Below, piece by piece: positions 1 through 9,875 of a stretch of DNA of 64,000 nucleotides. Under the pieces are notes generated by a model. It saw only the letters and a program-made list of their open reading frames with translations. It was not told the DNA's origin and ran no database searches. Within the stretch, counting starts at the first letter, position 1, and every line of letters begins with the position of its first letter. The position numbers were made by a program, and so were the translations under genes. This DNA is from Candidatus Omnitrophota bacterium (GTDB lineage: Bacteria; Omnitrophota; Gorgyraeia; JAHJTE01): positions 1,715-65,714 of the forward strand of contig JBFMEB010000003.1 in NCBI GenBank assembly GCA_040753675.1, given 5' to 3'.

Positions 1-385
1 TATTTCCAATTTTCGAAAATAGATTTAGAGCAGAATTGACCAGCGCTAAGTCTTCCTGCAACGCAGCAATATCTTTGCCTTTTGGCTCGCCTTGGTGCTC
101 CACGTGTAAAAGCCCCAGCAAACGCAAGTGCTTTACTGTAGCCTCTGCATCACTTGAGCGCACAATAATTGCTACTTTTTTCATCGGTACAATCATGTTA
201 AATGAGCACATAACTTACGGAGCCATTGTTTTACCTTAGCGACGTAAGTTATAAGTGCGAATTTAACCCAGCACTTATTTTACTAAAAAGCTGGGTAGTA
301 AAAATTAAGATTTTATTCGAAGAAAATTTATTTTATTTCAACTTAAAGCCTGGCAGTAAAATAAGTGCTGGGTAAGTTCAGCCAA

Positions 386-417
386 ACAACTTATGCTGCT
401 ATCGCCTCATAAGTTGT
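386..417 (-). terminator. ATAACTTATG-type palindromic hairpin overlapping the atpD stop codon
   Basis: acaacttatg-12 nt-cataagttgt. The same 10-bp stem sequence family occurs at 209..253 and 8361..8393. Confidence 0.35.
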
Positions 418-1014
418 GGCTTCACTTATTTTTCTCTTGGCAATTTTACTTCTTCCTACGGCGTTAGCCATCTGATCGCCTAAATAAATCTTAATAACGC
501 GAATTGCTTCCTGCGATTGTGGTATTTTCACATTCTCAAAAAGATTTACCCTCTGGGTGGTAATGCGTAATTCATGCCTTAAGACCTCAATCTCTTTTTT
601 AATTATTTCCAGCTCTTGCCGTAAGGAAACTATTGCCCTTAAGTGCTCAATAGCAGCATCAACCCATAATGGATAAATAAATAAGTCATATTCGAGTCTA
701 TCAAAATCTACATTAACAAAAACTTCTAAATCTACGCCTGCGATATTTTTCCGGCTCGTCACTATCTTTTTAGGCTTAAGCCATTGGTTTATGTTTATCC
801 CAGAGTCTGCTTTCAATAACCCTGCCCAACTCTCATAGGAAAGTTTTTTGTCTTGCTCCTCTTTGGTTTTTTGCTCAAGCAAAGCTAACTGATGCAAAAT
901 TTCAATCTGCAATTGTTGCTTCTTAAGCAAAAGAGTTGGCAGGTATCGCAGATACTGGCTTAAACTATCGCGTTGTCTTTTTAGTTCGCCTTTTGTTAAT
1001 TTTATCTTAGCCAT
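391..1014 (-). CDS. atpD: V-type ATP synthase subunit D
   Basis: 207 aa coiled-coil protein directly downstream of the A and B subunits in the operon. The N-terminal pattern [13 protein letters not shown] is typical of V/A-ATPase D subunits. Confidence 0.7.
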   Translation of the reverse strand: MAKIKLTKGELKRQRDSLSQYLRYLPTLLLKKQQLQIEILHQLALLEQKTKEEQDKKLSYESWAGLLKADSGININQWLKPKKIVTSRKNIAGVDLEVFVNVDFDRLEYDLFIYPLWVDAAIEHLRAIVSLRQELEIIKKEIEVLRHELRITTQRVNLFENVKIPQSQEAIRVIKIYLGDQMANAVGRSKIAKRKISEATTYEAIAA

Positions 1015-2311
1015 TTTTAGGTTTTGGCCAATGTTTCTCTATCATTGATTTTTTTATGCCCGTTTCTTCCGGGCTAAAACACTCGCAGAGAATTTCCCAG
1101 CCTAAATCTAACGCCTTTTCGAGCGGAATATTCACTTCTAAAGACATCATTTGTTTCTCGAAAATTCTGCCGTATTTAAGCAGTTTCTTGTCCCAGTTGC
1201 TCATGGCAAATCCCATTGCTTGTTTTTCTACTGTCTCCCTGAAATTAGCAAATAATTGAATCATAGTATCCATAATAGTGCGGTGGTCATCGCGTGTCTT
1301 GCCGTTTACCTGCTGCTTTAGTCGACTCAATGAACCAAACGGTTCAATAACCCTGTCTTTAAGATAAAATTGGCCTTCGGTAATGTAACCAGTATTGTCT
1401 GGCACCGGATGAGTAACATCATCTCCTGGCATAGTAGTAACTGCAAGGATAGTAATTGAACCTGCTCCTTCAAAGTCAACTGCCTTTTCATAACGGCTGG
1501 CTAATTGGCTATACAAATCTCCAGGATAGCCACGGTTTGAAGGCACATGCTCCATAGTAATGGAAATCTCTTTTAAGGCGTCAGAAAAATTGGTCATATC
1601 AGTTAACAAAACCAAAACACGTTTTCCAGCCAAGGCAAACTGTTCAGCCACAGCCAAACTTATGTCCGGAACAAGCATGCACTCTACAACAGGGTCAGAA
1701 GCAGTGTGTATAAAAAATACTGTGCGCGATAATGCGCCTTGCTCCTCTAAGGTATCTCTAAAGAAAAGGTAGTCATCATGCTTTAAGCCCATACCTCCTA
1801 AAATAATCACATCAACTTCTGCCTGTATGGCAATCCTTGCCAATAGTTCATTATACGGCTCGCCAGCAATGGAAAATATGGGCAGCTTCTGAGACACAAC
1901 TAAAGAATTAAAAACATCAATCATCGGAATGCCAGTGCGAATCATTTTGTTTGGTATTATCCTTTTCACCGGATTAACTGGCGGCCCACCAATATCAATA
2001 ATATCTTGAGATAAAGCCGGGCCCTTATCCAAAGGCTCGCCGCTGCCATTAAATATGCGGCCCAATAGGCTATCTCCACTGGCAATATGCATTGGATGGC
2101 CTAAGAAGCGTACCTTATCACCTGTTGAAACGCCTTTGCTCCCGGCAAAAACCTGCAAAGATACTCTTTCACCTTCCAGGCGTATTACCTGGGCAAGAGA
2201 AACGCCACGCCTTGTAGTCACCTGCGCTATCTCAGCATTGCCAACAGCCTCTGCCTCAACTGTAATAACATCACCTGCAATCTCCACTATATTTGTATAA
2301 ATTTTATACAT
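1007..2311 (-). CDS. atpB: V-type ATP synthase subunit B (regulatory)
   Basis: 434 aa with an alpha/beta ATPase fold and no canonical Walker A motif. Adjacent to, and overlapping, the A subunit gene. Confidence 0.85.
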   Translation of the reverse strand: MYKIYTNIVEIAGDVITVEAEAVGNAEIAQVTTRRGVSLAQVIRLEGERVSLQVFAGSKGVSTGDKVRFLGHPMHIASGDSLLGRIFNGSGEPLDKGPALSQDIIDIGGPPVNPVKRIIPNKMIRTGIPMIDVFNSLVVSQKLPIFSIAGEPYNELLARIAIQAEVDVIILGGMGLKHDDYLFFRDTLEEQGALSRTVFFIHTASDPVVECMLVPDISLAVAEQFALAGKRVLVLLTDMTNFSDALKEISITMEHVPSNRGYPGDLYSQLASRYEKAVDFEGAGSITILAVTTMPGDDVTHPVPDNTGYITEGQFYLKDRVIEPFGSLSRLKQQVNGKTRDDHRTIMDTMIQLFANFRETVEKQAMGFAMSNWDKKLLKYGRIFEKQMMSLEVNIPLEKALDLGWEILCECFSPEETGIKKSMIEKHWPKPKNG

Positions 2312-4070
2312 CTATAATCTCACTTTCAGATTTAATCTTTTCCTTTTCTGTAGCAATAATTTCTTTTTCAATGGCTTTAAATTCTTCTGATTGCCAGGGG
2401 CTTGAATTCCAACCTCGAAAAAGCTGCCTTAAGCTCTGGAAAAAGTGCAAAGCCTCTTCTTTGCTATCAAGTTTAAATTCTTGCTCTAAAATGTTTTGGT
2501 AGATAAAATTAAATGTATATTTTTGCCTTTCTTCGGATGTCGCCTCATCAACTGGGTCAAATGCATTCTGCTGCAGATAAACAAAATCAAAAAACTCACC
2601 CTTTAAATAATCTATGTAATCCGCTAAAGATGTTCCTTCTTCTCCCACAACCTTCATCATCTGCGCCACGTCAAAACTTTTTCGTAAGATTTCATGGCCT
2701 TTTTTTGCCTGTCTCTCATCTATAAAACTCTTATATTTGCTCCAGCTTATCAGTGGATCAATGGCAGGATAACGCCTTGCATTTGCGCGTTGGTTTGATA
2801 ATCCATGAAATGCGCCAACTACTTTTAAGGTGGCCTGGGTAACTGGCTCATCGAAATTTCCTCCAGCAGGGCTTACTGTCCCACCAATAGTTACAGAGCC
2901 CATTGAGCCGTCGTGTAATTTAACAATGCCGGCCCGTTCATAAAAAGAAGCGATGCGCGACTCTAAATAAGCAGGGAATGCCTCTTCACCGGGTATTTCT
3001 TCTAAACGGCCTGACATCTCGCGCATTGCCTGTGCCCAACGAGAGGTTGAATCTGCAAGAAGCAAAACATTTAATCCCATTTGTCGGTAATATTCGGCAA
3101 TTGTTACAGCAGTATAAACTCCTGATTCTCGTGCTGCTACTGGCATAGAACTGGTATTACACATTATCACTGTACGGTCACTCAAGGGTTTATTTGTGCG
3201 CGGGTCAATCAAATGCGGGAATGTTTTAAGAGTTTCCACTGCCTCACCTGCCCGCTCGCCGCATGCAGCAACGACAACAATGTCTACCTCAGCGTGGCGG
3301 CTGGTTAATTGTTGTAGCACAGTTTTACCAGAGCCAAATGGTCCTGGGATACAAAAGGTTCCACCTAAGGCAACTGGAAACAAGGAATCGATTAATCGCA
3401 TTTTGGTAACTAAAGTGCCCTGGGGTTTTAATTTTTCAGCATACGCAGAAATAGGAACCTTGACTGGCCAAACTTGTCTTAAAAAAACTTCATGAATCTT
3501 TCCCTGTGCATCTTTTAACTTTGCAATCGCTTGTTCTAAATTATATCTTCCTGGATTTGCTATCTGGACAACTTCAAGATTGCCCTTTAAGCTAAAAGGC
3601 GCCATAATAAAGTGCTTAAAAATCTTCTCTGGAACAAAGCCTAATTTTGCTCCGGCAAAAACAAAATCGCCAACTTTAGCAATAGGCGTAAAATCCCACT
3701 CGCTTTGTGAAGGAAGCGCCTGGATATAAACACCCCTTTTTAAAAAGAAACCATGATCTTTAGCCAAATCTGGCAAGGGATTTTGTAAGCCATCAAATAT
3801 CTGGCCTAAAAGACCAGGCCCGAGTTCTACGCAAAGAAGCTCTCCCGTAAACTCCACTTCTTCTCCTACTTGAAGGCCAGAGGTATTTTCAAATACCTGC
3901 ATCTCAGCCTGCCTTGCGCGAATTCGTATAACCTCAGCTTTTAGCTGCTCTTTGCCATGCAAGACAAAAGCAACCTCATTCTGAATTATATTGTCCTCTG
4001 TTTGCGCAGATACCATATTGCCAATAATTTTTGTAATCCGGCCTTCCCTTTTCTCTCTCATATTCATCAA
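2304..4070 (-). CDS. atpA: V-type ATP synthase subunit A (catalytic)
   Basis: 588 aa with Walker A GPFGSGKT and a non-homologous insert region typical of V/A-type A subunits. Confidence 0.9.
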   Translation of the reverse strand: MMNMREKREGRITKIIGNMVSAQTEDNIIQNEVAFVLHGKEQLKAEVIRIRARQAEMQVFENTSGLQVGEEVEFTGELLCVELGPGLLGQIFDGLQNPLPDLAKDHGFFLKRGVYIQALPSQSEWDFTPIAKVGDFVFAGAKLGFVPEKIFKHFIMAPFSLKGNLEVVQIANPGRYNLEQAIAKLKDAQGKIHEVFLRQVWPVKVPISAYAEKLKPQGTLVTKMRLIDSLFPVALGGTFCIPGPFGSGKTVLQQLTSRHAEVDIVVVAACGERAGEAVETLKTFPHLIDPRTNKPLSDRTVIMCNTSSMPVAARESGVYTAVTIAEYYRQMGLNVLLLADSTSRWAQAMREMSGRLEEIPGEEAFPAYLESRIASFYERAGIVKLHDGSMGSVTIGGTVSPAGGNFDEPVTQATLKVVGAFHGLSNQRANARRYPAIDPLISWSKYKSFIDERQAKKGHEILRKSFDVAQMMKVVGEEGTSLADYIDYLKGEFFDFVYLQQNAFDPVDEATSEERQKYTFNFIYQNILEQEFKLDSKEEALHFFQSLRQLFRGWNSSPWQSEEFKAIEKEIIATEKEKIKSESEIIDV

Positions 4071-4074
4071 CCTT

Positions 4075-4602
4075 TCAATGCACCTTTAAGGCTTCTTCTA
4101 AAACTTGCTTCTTATCCGAGATATTGATTCTTTCCCAACGCTCTAAAATCAACAATTTAAGGCAATAGATAATTAAAAAATCTAAATCAAAATAATGACC
4201 AAAACAAAAGTCATCTAAGGCCTGCCATCTGGCAAGGTCTAAAATTTTTTCTGCCTCTAAGATAGATGAACTGCGCAAAGCAGTTATGGCAATATTGGTA
4301 ATAAACGCTTCTGGAAATCTATCCTTGCGCAAATAACGGCCAGGGTCGATATGCATTCGTTGGGCACGGTTCTTAACCAATTCATTTCTTAATGTGCTAT
4401 CAAAATCCTGCCATTTTTTTAGGGTAGCTTGGACAATAGTAGAGTAATCTCCTGAAATCGAGAGCTTTTTTAGAATCTGGATATCAGCATCAGGAATAAA
4501 TCTCTGACAATATATAATAAATTCTTTAAAACTAAAAGGAGGCTTTGTGCCAAACTGAAGAGAAGGCAAACTCGAAATTAAATAAGTATAAAAATAGGAC
4601 AT
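4075..4602 (-). CDS. hypothetical protein embedded in V-ATPase operon (possible accessory subunit)
   Basis: 175 aa ORF between the E and A subunit genes. No recognisable motif, so the call rests on position only. Confidence 0.3.
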   Translation of the reverse strand: MSYFYTYLISSLPSLQFGTKPPFSFKEFIIYCQRFIPDADIQILKKLSISGDYSTIVQATLKKWQDFDSTLRNELVKNRAQRMHIDPGRYLRKDRFPEAFITNIAITALRSSSILEAEKILDLARWQALDDFCFGHYFDLDFLIIYCLKLLILERWERINISDKKQVLEEALKVH

Positions 4603-4610
4603 TGCGTCTA

Positions 4611-5207
4611 CTATTTTAATAGTTTAGCTAATTCTGGTTTAAGATATTGACTGATGTAGTCTGCCAGTGCCTCTTCGGTAAAATCAAAATGCGATTTACC
4701 CTCATCAAAACTAATAAGAAACCCCGCACTAATATCTTCTGATGATTTAAGGGTAATTTCCTTTTTTATCTCTTGTTTTAATTGTGCTAAAAAACCTTTT
4801 TCTAATTTCTCTACATCATCCTTATTGAGCGAAATTATAATATTGCCTTTGTTCTGTTTGGCTGTCTCAATAATAAGTGAATGTAAAATTTTAGATAGTA
4901 AAGCTGGGGTGAGCGTCTCACGGGCTGATAAAAGCACAATTTTATCAAGTAGGGAATTTATTTCTTCTTTTAAACTAATAAGCATGTTTCTTCCTGCCTG
5001 TTTGAGGGCGCTCTTTGAGGTATCTTGCATTTTATTGATTTTTTCTTGAGCCTCGCCAATCAGTTTTGCGCTTTGTGTTTTTGCGTTATTAATAATTTGC
5101 TCTGCGAGCTCTTTAGCCTCCATTTCAATTCGGCGCGCCTTGTCTTCGGCAACTTTAATGCCTTCATTCTGAATTTTTGCTATTAAATCTCTAATTTCCT
5201 CTGCCAT
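4611..5207 (-). CDS. atpE: V-type ATP synthase subunit E
   Basis: 198 aa charged, coiled-coil-rich protein that is the first gene of the operon. Similar to V/A-ATPase E stalk subunits. Confidence 0.6.
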   Translation of the reverse strand: MAEEIRDLIAKIQNEGIKVAEDKARRIEMEAKELAEQIINNAKTQSAKLIGEAQEKINKMQDTSKSALKQAGRNMLISLKEEINSLLDKIVLLSARETLTPALLSKILHSLIIETAKQNKGNIIISLNKDDVEKLEKGFLAQLKQEIKKEITLKSSEDISAGFLISFDEGKSHFDFTEEALADYISQYLKPELAKLLK

Positions 5208-5299
5208 AACATTCTCCTACGTTTTTCTAAAACAGCTATCTGCTGTCTGGTATTTCAGTATGCTTTATACTGCTTTATCTGCTAAGTAATGCTACTATA

Positions 5300-5405
5300 T
5301 TTATATCAAATATTAAAAATTAAATATTAAAATTACATATCAAAGTTTAAAAATTTTAAATTTTACATTGTCATTTTGATTTTTACATTTTGATTTTTGC
5401 ATTAA
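5300..5405. repeat. AT-rich AAAATGACAATG-core palindromic repeat (copy R1, inverted)
   Basis: ttttacattgtcattttgatttttacattttgatttttgcatt. Core (RC) at 5366..5377. Confidence 0.6.
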
Positions 5406-5433
5406 AGCGTTATTTATTTAAGAAAACATTATA

Positions 5434-6123
5434 CTAACTTATTATTTGCTTCAGCGCTAAAACCGGGTCTTTTGCTTCTAATATGGGTCTGCCAATAATT
5501 AAGAAATCGCTGCCTGCCTCAATAGCTTCTCCTGCGCTTGCCACTCTTTCCTGGTCATGGCTCAGCGCGCCTTTCGGCCTTATGCCAGGAGTAAAAATTA
5601 AAAAATTCCTTTTAATATTTTTTCTTAAAGCCCTTGCTTCTTTCGCTGAACAAACCACTCCGTCTAAACCGCAGCGCAGAGCAAGTTTTGCCAATTTCAA
5701 TACCCTGCCCGAACTTGCTTTTTGGCTGGTTAAAACCGTGACACCGATTAACAAAGGCCTGCGGTGATTTAGCCGCCGGGATTCCTCTTTTGCTGCCTTG
5801 ACTGCTGCTCTAAGCATTTCATCTTCGCCTTGAATATGGAGAGTAACCATCTTTACTTTTAAACGCACTGCCTGGCGCACTGCATTTCTAACTGTATTAG
5901 GGATATCGAAGAATTTTAAATCCAAAAAAACCTGGCCGCCTTTTTTTTGAATAAATTTAATTATGTCCGGGCCGGCTATGGTAAAAAGCTGCAATCCCAC
6001 CTTGAATATTTTTATTTTTGGATAAAGCCTGTTTACAAAATATTTGGCCTTCTTTAGACTATCGACATCTAAGGCGAGAGTCAATTTAGTTTTCAGTTGT
6101 CGGTTTTCAGTTGTCGGATTCAT
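5434..6123 (-). CDS. pyrF: orotidine 5'-phosphate decarboxylase
   Basis: 229 aa with DLKFFDIPNTV and DVD motifs characteristic of OMP decarboxylase. Confidence 0.85.
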   Translation of the reverse strand: MNPTTENRQLKTKLTLALDVDSLKKAKYFVNRLYPKIKIFKVGLQLFTIAGPDIIKFIQKKGGQVFLDLKFFDIPNTVRNAVRQAVRLKVKMVTLHIQGEDEMLRAAVKAAKEESRRLNHRRPLLIGVTVLTSQKASSGRVLKLAKLALRCGLDGVVCSAKEARALRKNIKRNFLIFTPGIRPKGALSHDQERVASAGEAIEAGSDFLIIGRPILEAKDPVLALKQIIS

Positions 6124-7049
6124 TCTTTTAGCGTTCCGATAAGATTTTTAATATTACTGATATTATTTTCTTTGAGATATTTTTTTATACCAGAAAGGAT
6201 TTCTTTGCTAGCGTTGAGATTGACAAAGTTTACTGTCCCTAAGGATAAGGCAGACGCACCACAGAGCAGATACTCAATTGCATCCTGGCTATTCATTATG
6301 CCGCCGCCTGCAATGATCTGTAATTTAACTGCACAAAATGTCTTATATGTTGCAAAAAGCCCTAATGGCTTTATTGCTGGACCGCTTAAGCCGCCAGTTA
6401 TATTTGCCAGGACAGGTTTTCTTTTATCAATATCTACTGCTAAACCAAAATATGTATTAACCAGAGAAACTGCGTCTGCGCCTGCTTCTTCGCTTGCAAG
6501 TGCAATTTCAGAAATATCAGTAACGTTGGGGGTAAGTTTTACGATTAGCGTCTTCTTGGTTAGCTTGCGTACTGATTTTACAACTTCGAAAGTTGATTTA
6601 GCATCCTGGGAAAACATCGTTTGACCGTGGACTTTTTTGATGTTTGGACAAGATATGTTTATCTCAATAGCTTTCAAACTAGAAATCTTATCTAAACGCT
6701 TTGTCAGTTGCGCAAATTCCTCGATACTTTCTCCCCCGATACTGACAATAACCGGAATTTTTAGCTTTGCTAAATACGGCAATTTTTCATCTAAAAAAGC
6801 ATCGATACCAGGATTATCTAAACCAATAGAATTGAGAAGCCCGCATGGAGTTTCGACTAAGCGTGGAGGAGGATTGCCTGGCCGCGGCTTTACTGTTATT
6901 GTCTTTGTGGTAATAGCGCCAAAATATTTAAGATCAACGAGACCTTCTAATTCCTGTGCATATCCAAAAGTCCCTGATGCAGCGATGAGAGGAGAAATAA
7001 GAGACAAATTGCCGATGCGAGTGGATAAATTTTTTTGCTTAGTTGTCAT
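6120..7049 (-). CDS. pyrD: dihydroorotate dehydrogenase catalytic subunit (class 1B type)
   Basis: 309 aa with TIM-barrel DHOD motifs (ASGTFGY, NSIGLDNPG, IIAGGGI). A PyrK-like electron-transfer subunit is encoded nearby. Confidence 0.85.
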   Translation of the reverse strand: MTTKQKNLSTRIGNLSLISPLIAASGTFGYAQELEGLVDLKYFGAITTKTITVKPRPGNPPPRLVETPCGLLNSIGLDNPGIDAFLDEKLPYLAKLKIPVIVSIGGESIEEFAQLTKRLDKISSLKAIEINISCPNIKKVHGQTMFSQDAKSTFEVVKSVRKLTKKTLIVKLTPNVTDISEIALASEEAGADAVSLVNTYFGLAVDIDKRKPVLANITGGLSGPAIKPLGLFATYKTFCAVKLQIIAGGGIMNSQDAIEYLLCGASALSLGTVNFVNLNASKEILSGIKKYLKENNISNIKNLIGTLKE

Positions 7050-7051
7050 AT

Positions 7052-7576
7052 TTATTGAAACTGTTCCTTAACTTTAGGCCGGGTGAAAAAGAAGATTATA
7101 GAAATATACCAAATCAAGGCAAGTGACCAGAAGACAACCATAATAATTGGCAATATCTTAATTATTGAATTATACCGCGATTCATAATCATTTCTGATTT
7201 GTTCCTGGTATTCTGGCTTATACATTTTAAAATTCTCTTGCATTGCCGCATCAAATACCTTCTTCAATTCTTGCTTTCCATCTACAGAAGTAATCATCTT
7301 ATTTATTTGGCTAAAACCCAAAAAACTAGGAATAAATAAAACTATCAATGCTAATCTTAAAATAATCTCTAATTTTCTCGCCCATTCCTTAAGCTGTAAA
7401 ATAAATATGCCGGCTACTAATCCTAAACCAGAAGACACTAAAGAAAACAGGGGCCTTGAATATGAGCTAACAGCTGAAACGCTCACTGAGTAAACTGAAC
7501 TTAATAAGCCTAACAATCCGGCAATTATAAAAATTATTCCAAATAGTGTCACGCCTTTTGACCTTTGCTGCCCCAT
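7052..7576 (-). CDS. integral membrane protein, function unknown
   Basis: 174 aa with multiple hydrophobic helices. Confidence 0.4.
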   Translation of the reverse strand: MGQQRSKGVTLFGIIFIIAGLLGLLSSVYSVSVSAVSSYSRPLFSLVSSGLGLVAGIFILQLKEWARKLEIILRLALIVLFIPSFLGFSQINKMITSVDGKQELKKVFDAAMQENFKMYKPEYQEQIRNDYESRYNSIIKILPIIMVVFWSLALIWYISIIFFFTRPKVKEQFQ

Positions 7577-7624
7577 CTCTTACCTCTCTGTTACGTACTT
7601 CGGTTTTTAGTAGTTACCACAAAT

Positions 7625-8287
7625 TCAATATTTAAATTTGCCAGATGATAAATGTAAATGCTTTATATCAATTATTTCTTTAGGTTTACTGAAATCCCAG
7701 CGTTCAATTTTTCTGTCGTCAAATATAAAGATTTGAAGCGATTCATCATTAACTACCTGAAAAATCAGCCACTTATCAAAAGATAATCTTATATCAAGTG
7801 GCACTTCAGGTGTATAGCGATTTGGAGAAAAACTTACCTCATATTCATGTTCGCCTTCTCGACATATTGTTATTACTTTATACGCGAATGCTGATTTTAT
7901 TTTGTCTTCATACTGCTTATAAATTGGAAGATTCTCAATAAAGTTAATTAATTTCTTGACGTCGCTAATGGTACGAAAATTACGATATATTATATACGAG
8001 CTGTTCGCTCTTAGTGAAATAAACAGCGGATATATATTCCCCTTTTGACTCATAATATCAATATAAGCTAAGCTAATGAAATATTCATCCCCCTCTTTCG
8101 AACAACCATGGATACTAGTGTTAAATGTATTTAGATTAGCACCTATGGCAATCTGAAAGCGATTTTCTAATTGAGATGGGCAAGGCACAAAAGGTCTATC
8201 TGCAAAAGCATAATTCAGTGAATAATAAGTCAATAAAATAAATAAAAAACTTAGAAATAATATCTTTCTCATTTGCTTACTTCTCAA
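7625..8287 (-). CDS. secreted hypothetical protein
   Basis: 220 aa with an N-terminal signal peptide and several Cys residues. Confidence 0.4.
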   Translation of the reverse strand: MRSKQMRKILFLSFLFILLTYYSLNYAFADRPFVPCPSQLENRFQIAIGANLNTFNTSIHGCSKEGDEYFISLAYIDIMSQKGNIYPLFISLRANSSYIIYRNFRTISDVKKLINFIENLPIYKQYEDKIKSAFAYKVITICREGEHEYEVSFSPNRYTPEVPLDIRLSFDKWLIFQVVNDESLQIFIFDDRKIERWDFSKPKEIIDIKHLHLSSGKFKY

Positions 8288-8360
8288 TTATCCCAAGCCT
8301 AAAAGTCAAGCAGGAAGTGAACCCTTGACATCTTTGATGTCAAGGGTGAGTTCGGACAAA

Positions 8361-8393
8361 ATAACTTATGTTCACTTACGTTCCATAAGTTAT
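8361..8393 (-). terminator. ATAACTTATG-type palindromic hairpin 9 nt downstream of the glycosyltransferase gene
   Basis: ataacttatg-13 nt-cataagttat. Confidence 0.35.
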
Positions 8394-8401
8394 GTCCTCA
8401 C

Positions 8402-9550
8402 TCAAAAACTCGGTTCCACGCATAATATCTTATATTTCCAAAACCCTTTTAAACCACCCTGGATAAAACTTAGATTTGTAAGATATTTCATTAAACACCA
8501 AACACAAAATTTATTTTTCGGCTCCATGCCAAAATTCCATTTGACAAACTGAAAGGCAAAATAAAGTGCAAAAACAAGAGAGGCCAAAGCAAAGAGTTTT
8601 ATCCATAAAGCGGTTAGGATAAAACTTAAAATTGCTCCTATCAAAAACAAAAAAGAGAATAAATGCATCAGATGAAAATTACCTATATAAATAAACCCTT
8701 TCATCGGAAAAGGCATAAAAAATGAGGGGTTGCCTTTTAAAAATTGTAGTATAATCTCAAGGCCTTTTTTCTTAACGTATTTATCAACTAAAGGCATATG
8801 CGCTGCGCCATAAGTAACCCATACTTTGCGCAAAGATTTTAAATCTGCCTGATGCATATGATCAATCTTTGCCGCAGGCGCAAAATAGAATTTCCAACCC
8901 TTAGACCGATGCTGATAACTTAAATCCATGTCTTCGCCAGTGGGTCTGTCCCAGAACTTAGCACCGATTTCTTGCATTGCGCTCTTTCGATAAGCAACGT
9001 TGCAAGTGCCAAAAAAATAACCTTTGTGTCCTACGATTTCAGTCGGCCTTGGCTCTTTTGGAAAATCAGGAAAATATCCTTCTTTAATAAATCCATATCT
9101 TGGGCTAACCATATTAAATCTAAAATGTTCGCACCAGGCCTCAACAAGATTGTCTTTATTCACGCGTAAGGTATATAGTTCTCCGCCAACTGCTGCGATT
9201 TTTTCATCTCTTTGAAAAATCTTAAGTATCTGCCATACCCAGTCAGGCGCAGGAGCACAATCTCCGTCAGTAAAAAAGAGGAATTCACCTTTAGCCACTT
9301 CTAATGCCTTATTGCGGGCAAAGCCAGGCGAAGGACAGTTGGGAATCTCTACTAATTTTATAAAAGGATATTTCACTTGCCAGTCTTTAATTACATTAAC
9401 TGTTTCATCAGAGCTACCGCCATCAGCAATAACAATCTCTAAATTCTCTCTTGGGTAATCAATACGAAACAGGTAATTAAAAGTGGTGGGCAATGTCCGG
9501 GCAGCATTACGGACAGGGATTATTATGGAAATAAAAGGTGTCGGACTCAA
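8402..9550 (-). CDS. family 2 glycosyltransferase with C-terminal transmembrane segments
   Basis: 382 aa. The N-terminus IIIPVRNAARTL...ADGGSSDETV is a GT-A/GT2 signature, followed by the DGD motif. The C-terminus is hydrophobic. Confidence 0.7.
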   Translation of the reverse strand: MSPTPFISIIIPVRNAARTLPTTFNYLFRIDYPRENLEIVIADGGSSDETVNVIKDWQVKYPFIKLVEIPNCPSPGFARNKALEVAKGEFLFFTDGDCAPAPDWVWQILKIFQRDEKIAAVGGELYTLRVNKDNLVEAWCEHFRFNMVSPRYGFIKEGYFPDFPKEPRPTEIVGHKGYFFGTCNVAYRKSAMQEIGAKFWDRPTGEDMDLSYQHRSKGWKFYFAPAAKIDHMHQADLKSLRKVWVTYGAAHMPLVDKYVKKKGLEIILQFLKGNPSFFMPFPMKGFIYIGNFHLMHLFSFLFLIGAILSFILTALWIKLFALASLVFALYFAFQFVKWNFGMEPKNKFCVWCLMKYLTNLSFIQGGLKGFWKYKILCVEPSF

Positions 9551-9571
9551 TTTAATTTAAAATTAGACTTT

Positions 9572-9847
9572 TTAAAGCCTTATACTGATAATCAATAAAA
9601 TTAATGATAGTAACAGGGTAACCACTCCGGCTAACACTCTGGCTTGCATAATGATAGAGGTAATATCGAATTCCTTTTCTAAGGCTAATCTCAGCTTATC
9701 TGTAGAAATCTTTTTATTAAGAAAATTATTTAGCCTTAACACCTGCTCTGGGAACAAAATCAGACCCAAAGAAAGTAATGCCCCGATTACACCAAACACA
9801 GAACCGCCGATTCTTAACAAGTCTGTCAAGGTAAAAATATTCTCCAT
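9572..9847 (-). CDS. small membrane protein
   Basis: 91 aa with two predicted transmembrane helices. Confidence 0.3.
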   Translation of the reverse strand: MENIFTLTDLLRIGGSVFGVIGALLSLGLILFPEQVLRLNNFLNKKISTDKLRLALEKEFDITSIIMQARVLAGVVTLLLSLILLIISIRL

Positions 9848-9875
9848 CCTAACCTCCTTTTTAAATTAGTTTATT

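Noticed and set aside
36-239. 67 aa plus-strand ORF at the left edge
   Set aside because: No motif, Cys/Ser-rich junk-like composition, and it lies in a hairpin-rich non-coding tail after atpD. Likely spurious.
4075-4602. Assignment of the 175 aa ORF as V-ATPase subunit C or F
   Set aside because: It is too short for subunit C and lacks an F-subunit motif, so it is kept as hypothetical.
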